64,000 nucleotides of DNA, from positions 679-64,678 of the forward strand of contig CALKGG010000001.1 in NCBI GenBank assembly GCA_938084885.1, read 5' to 3'. The notes under the pieces were generated by a model. It worked only from the letters and a program-made list of their open reading frames with translations. It made no database searches and was not told the origin of the DNA. Within the stretch, counting starts at the first letter, position 1; each line of letters opens with the position of its first letter. The translations under genes and the position numbers were made by a program. Shown piece by piece: positions 62,189-64,000 of the stretch. The DNA is from an uncultured Acidimicrobiales bacterium (GTDB lineage: Bacteria; Actinomycetota; Acidimicrobiia; Acidimicrobiales; SHLQ01).

Positions 62189-63157
62189 TCAGTTAAGAGG
62201 TTCCAGATTCTGAGCGATCATTCTCTCGAACGCATCGATCTCGGTCGCCAGCAGGTCTCTGTCGACCATCGCTAGCCGAATCCGATCGATGACGTCTCGC
62301 TTTCGGTCTGCAGTCACTAGGTAGTGACGCGTATCGTCTTCCACATGATGTGGTACCGACAGAAAGGCCACGGGCGCCAGCTTTCGTTGGAGCCAGTCTT
62401 CCCAGTGGCCGACCGGAGGCTCCATCAGCTTCTTCTTCCACTCCGTGCTGCGAGCGCAGGTTGCTTGACCAACGAACTGGACTCCTCCAAGCCGCGTGTC
62501 CTCGGGCCACCAGTTGCTGATTGAGTCAGAGCCTTCCTCATTCGCGAAGACTCGATAGGGCGCCTCAGCCGGATAGGCATCTAGCCCGACTTCTGCGCAG
62601 CTGCTCTTCAAGGTGGCGGCGAACCCCCCTGCGCCACGAGCGTTCCTGCCCAGGCATGCGGTTGGCAAGCCCCGCGCGCTCAGCGCTGCTGCCACAACGT
62701 CCTCGAAGATATATGCGGGGGCCTCGGGGAATCCCTCGACGGAGGCCGCGTGACAAATGGTCAGAGCCAGCAAGGTCAAATAGGGGACCGGGAAGCTGCT
62801 GTCGCCGCGGAAGCTCACCACTACATTGTCCTTGCCAACCTCAAACGGATAGCGATCAGCCAACAAGTCGGCTCGTTCCCGCAGCACCTGTTCAATGTTG
62901 TTGGCGTACTCGGCCGCTATCGCTTGAGTGCTAGACAGGTCGGTGTCATCGCCGTCTGGCTCTGGCCCCCTGTCCTCAGGGTCGGAGTCTTGGATGCGGT
63001 CTCCAAGCTTGGCCAACCATCCCGTGGTGTCCACGATTTGGTCTGCGAGAGATTCCTTGCTGATGGTCACACCGCCGATTGCAAGAAGTTCGAGGTAGTC
63101 GGCAACCGCAGAACGTCGGTTGAAGGTTCCGTACCAGTCGAGATCAAAGCTAATCAT
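62189..63157 (-). CDS. Hypothetical protein (322 aa), coupled to the ParB/Srx-like gene
   Basis: 8-nt overlap with the upstream gene. Acidic disordered linker (DSDPEDRGPEPDGDDTD). No family recognised. The possible nuclease-like segment GSDSISNWW...VQFVGQATCARSTEWKKK is speculative. Confidence 0.6.
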   Translation of the reverse strand: MISFDLDWYGTFNRRSAVADYLELLAIGGVTISKESLADQIVDTTGWLAKLGDRIQDSDPEDRGPEPDGDDTDLSSTQAIAAEYANNIEQVLRERADLLADRYPFEVGKDNVVVSFRGDSSFPVPYLTLLALTICHAASVEGFPEAPAYIFEDVVAAALSARGLPTACLGRNARGAGGFAATLKSSCAEVGLDAYPAEAPYRVFANEEGSDSISNWWPEDTRLGGVQFVGQATCARSTEWKKKLMEPPVGHWEDWLQRKLAPVAFLSVPHHVEDDTRHYLVTADRKRDVIDRIRLAMVDRDLLATEIDAFERMIAQNLEPLN

Positions 63158-64000
63158 TGGTGTCGTCCGCTAAATCCCTCACGACGGCGCGGAGCGAGCG
63201 GGCGGTTCCAAATAGTTTCTCGCTCGGCGCCAATAGTGGCTCTGGATCGATGTCGACTGAGCTCGCATTCAGCTCATCCATGATCGCGGAGATGCTGTTG
63301 GCAGATGAGGTGATCCGGCTCGGAATACTCCTTCGGTCGACAATCTGTCTTGCGACGTCAAAGTCGCCGTGCTGCCGTAAGGCCGATCGAGCGCCCTCAT
63401 CCTGGAGTATCCGCCCATATGTGGTTATGTCTCGCGAGTCAGCCACGAGCGGTTTCCGGCTGCCAGGTTGCAGCGAGAGATCGCTAACGACTTCTCTGAG
63501 TCGCTCCTCGTTAAGGATCGAGACCGAAAGTTGGACCTCCTCGAAAGTCGTCGGTTTTCCGATCCCGACGTATTCGCGAATGTCTGAGCTATTCATGCAC
63601 CGAATCCAGACTCCGAATCGATCGTAGTGGAGGTATTCAGTCGAGAGGCCGAGTTCATCTCGGGCATGCTCAAGGACGTGAATCGCAAGGTACGAGTTTC
63701 GGATGCCTTGGGCATTTGAGCCGATTTGTTTCCCGACGGACCGGAAAGGACTCTCATCGCCAGCATTCGCCAAATCGTTGACCATCTGTTGCGTAAAGCG
63801 CGCCCGAGCCTCAGCACTCCATGTCTTCATACCCCCGATGTGGCGGTAGGCCAGGTAGGTATCGACCTCGACACGATCTTCGACAATGATGCACGGAATT
63901 CGGTCGAATCGAGAAAGATCAAGGTCGGAATCGTCGATTCCTGTGAAAGGGATCGTCCCGAGTTCGCCATGCAGGATCTTTAGCGTTGCGAGGCGTCGGT
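63150..64000 (-). CDS. ParB/Srx N-terminal-domain-like protein; 5' end lies beyond the right window edge
   Basis: My translation upstream of the track's Met continues without a stop to the window edge: RRLATLKILHGELG...IPCIIVEDRVEVDTYLAYRHIGGMKTWSAEARARF. This fits the GxRR helix and the downstream HxxGxxxW segment of ParB-like N-terminal domains. The catalytic/CTP-binding half is outside the window. Confidence 0.55.
   Translation of the reverse strand, partial: RRLATLKILHGELGTIPFTGIDDSDLDLSRFDRIPCIIVEDRVEVDTYLAYRHIGGMKTWSAEARARFTQQMVNDLANAGDESPFRSVGKQIGSNAQGIRNSYLAIHVLEHARDELGLSTEYLHYDRFGVWIRCMNSSDIREYVGIGKPTTFEEVQLSVSILNEERLREVVSDLSLQPGSRKPLVADSRDITTYGRILQDEGARSALRQHGDFDVARQIVDRRSIPSRITSSANSISAIMDELNASSVDIDPEPLLAPSEKLFGTARSLRAVVRDLADDTND

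Larger units (their letters stand above)
56831..64000. mobile_element. Probable horizontally acquired genomic island (right boundary outside the window)
   Basis: Lower GC than the core (hand counts of two 60-nt rows: 57% and 50%, against 65% in one core row). Also a truncated integrase, a tRNA-like fragment, an XRE regulator, and genes with no recognisable metabolic role. Confidence 0.5.

Noticed and set aside
1-64000. CRISPR arrays, rRNA genes, complete insertion sequences or transposases
   Set aside because: I saw no regularly spaced direct repeats, rRNA-like conserved blocks, or transposase motifs with terminal inverted repeats on reading the sequence and the ORF track.

Overview
This window is high-GC and almost fully coding. 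It looks like an Actinomycetota-type chromosome, inferred from gene content, frequent GTG/TTG starts and ATGA-type coupled operons. All product calls come from reading the translated ORFs and recognising family motifs by eye; nothing was searched. (1) 1-6.6 kb holds a complete mycofactocin locus on the minus strand (mftA-mftB-mftC-mftE-coupled SDR-mftF-mftD, with mftD running off the left edge) and a divergent TetR-type mftR. (2) 6.6-55.3 kb is one very large acyl-CoA-centred catabolic supercluster. It encodes 4 acyl-CoA synthetases, 3 acyl-CoA dehydrogenases, 2 crotonases, a MaoC hydratase pair, a thiolase-fold/DUF35 pair, 3 further SDRs (a fourth lies in the mft locus), 2 Rieske oxygenases and a P450 with its ferredoxin. 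It also encodes a Baeyer-Villiger monooxygenase, an OYE/FadH-like reductase, an HpaB-family flavoenzyme, a family III CoA-transferase, an ALDH plus NDMA-type ADH, TPP-dependent E1 alpha/beta without an E2, and a Liv-type ABC importer that includes a LivH-LivM-LivG triple fusion. Regulators and accessory genes are one TetR, three MarR and an orphan NorD/NorQ (VWA/AAA+) pair. Two recurrent operator-like motif families tie many of these operons together: CTAGCGAnCGCTAG and TTCGAAATAGAAAT. (3) 55.4-64.0 kb starts with a DUF222/HNH gene, followed by a lower-GC island (hand counts of 60-nt rows gave about 50-57% against about 65% in one core row). The island is made of uncharacterised gene modules: a stand-alone, apparently degenerate GyrB ATPase-domain paralogue heading a three-gene operon; a coupled XRE-HTH plus 348-aa gene pair; an N-terminally truncated tyrosine integrase; and a ParB/Srx-like gene (running off the right edge) coupled to a 322-aa unknown. 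This island is my best candidate for an undescribed conflict or defence-type system. I saw no rRNA, no intact tRNA and no CRISPR array.
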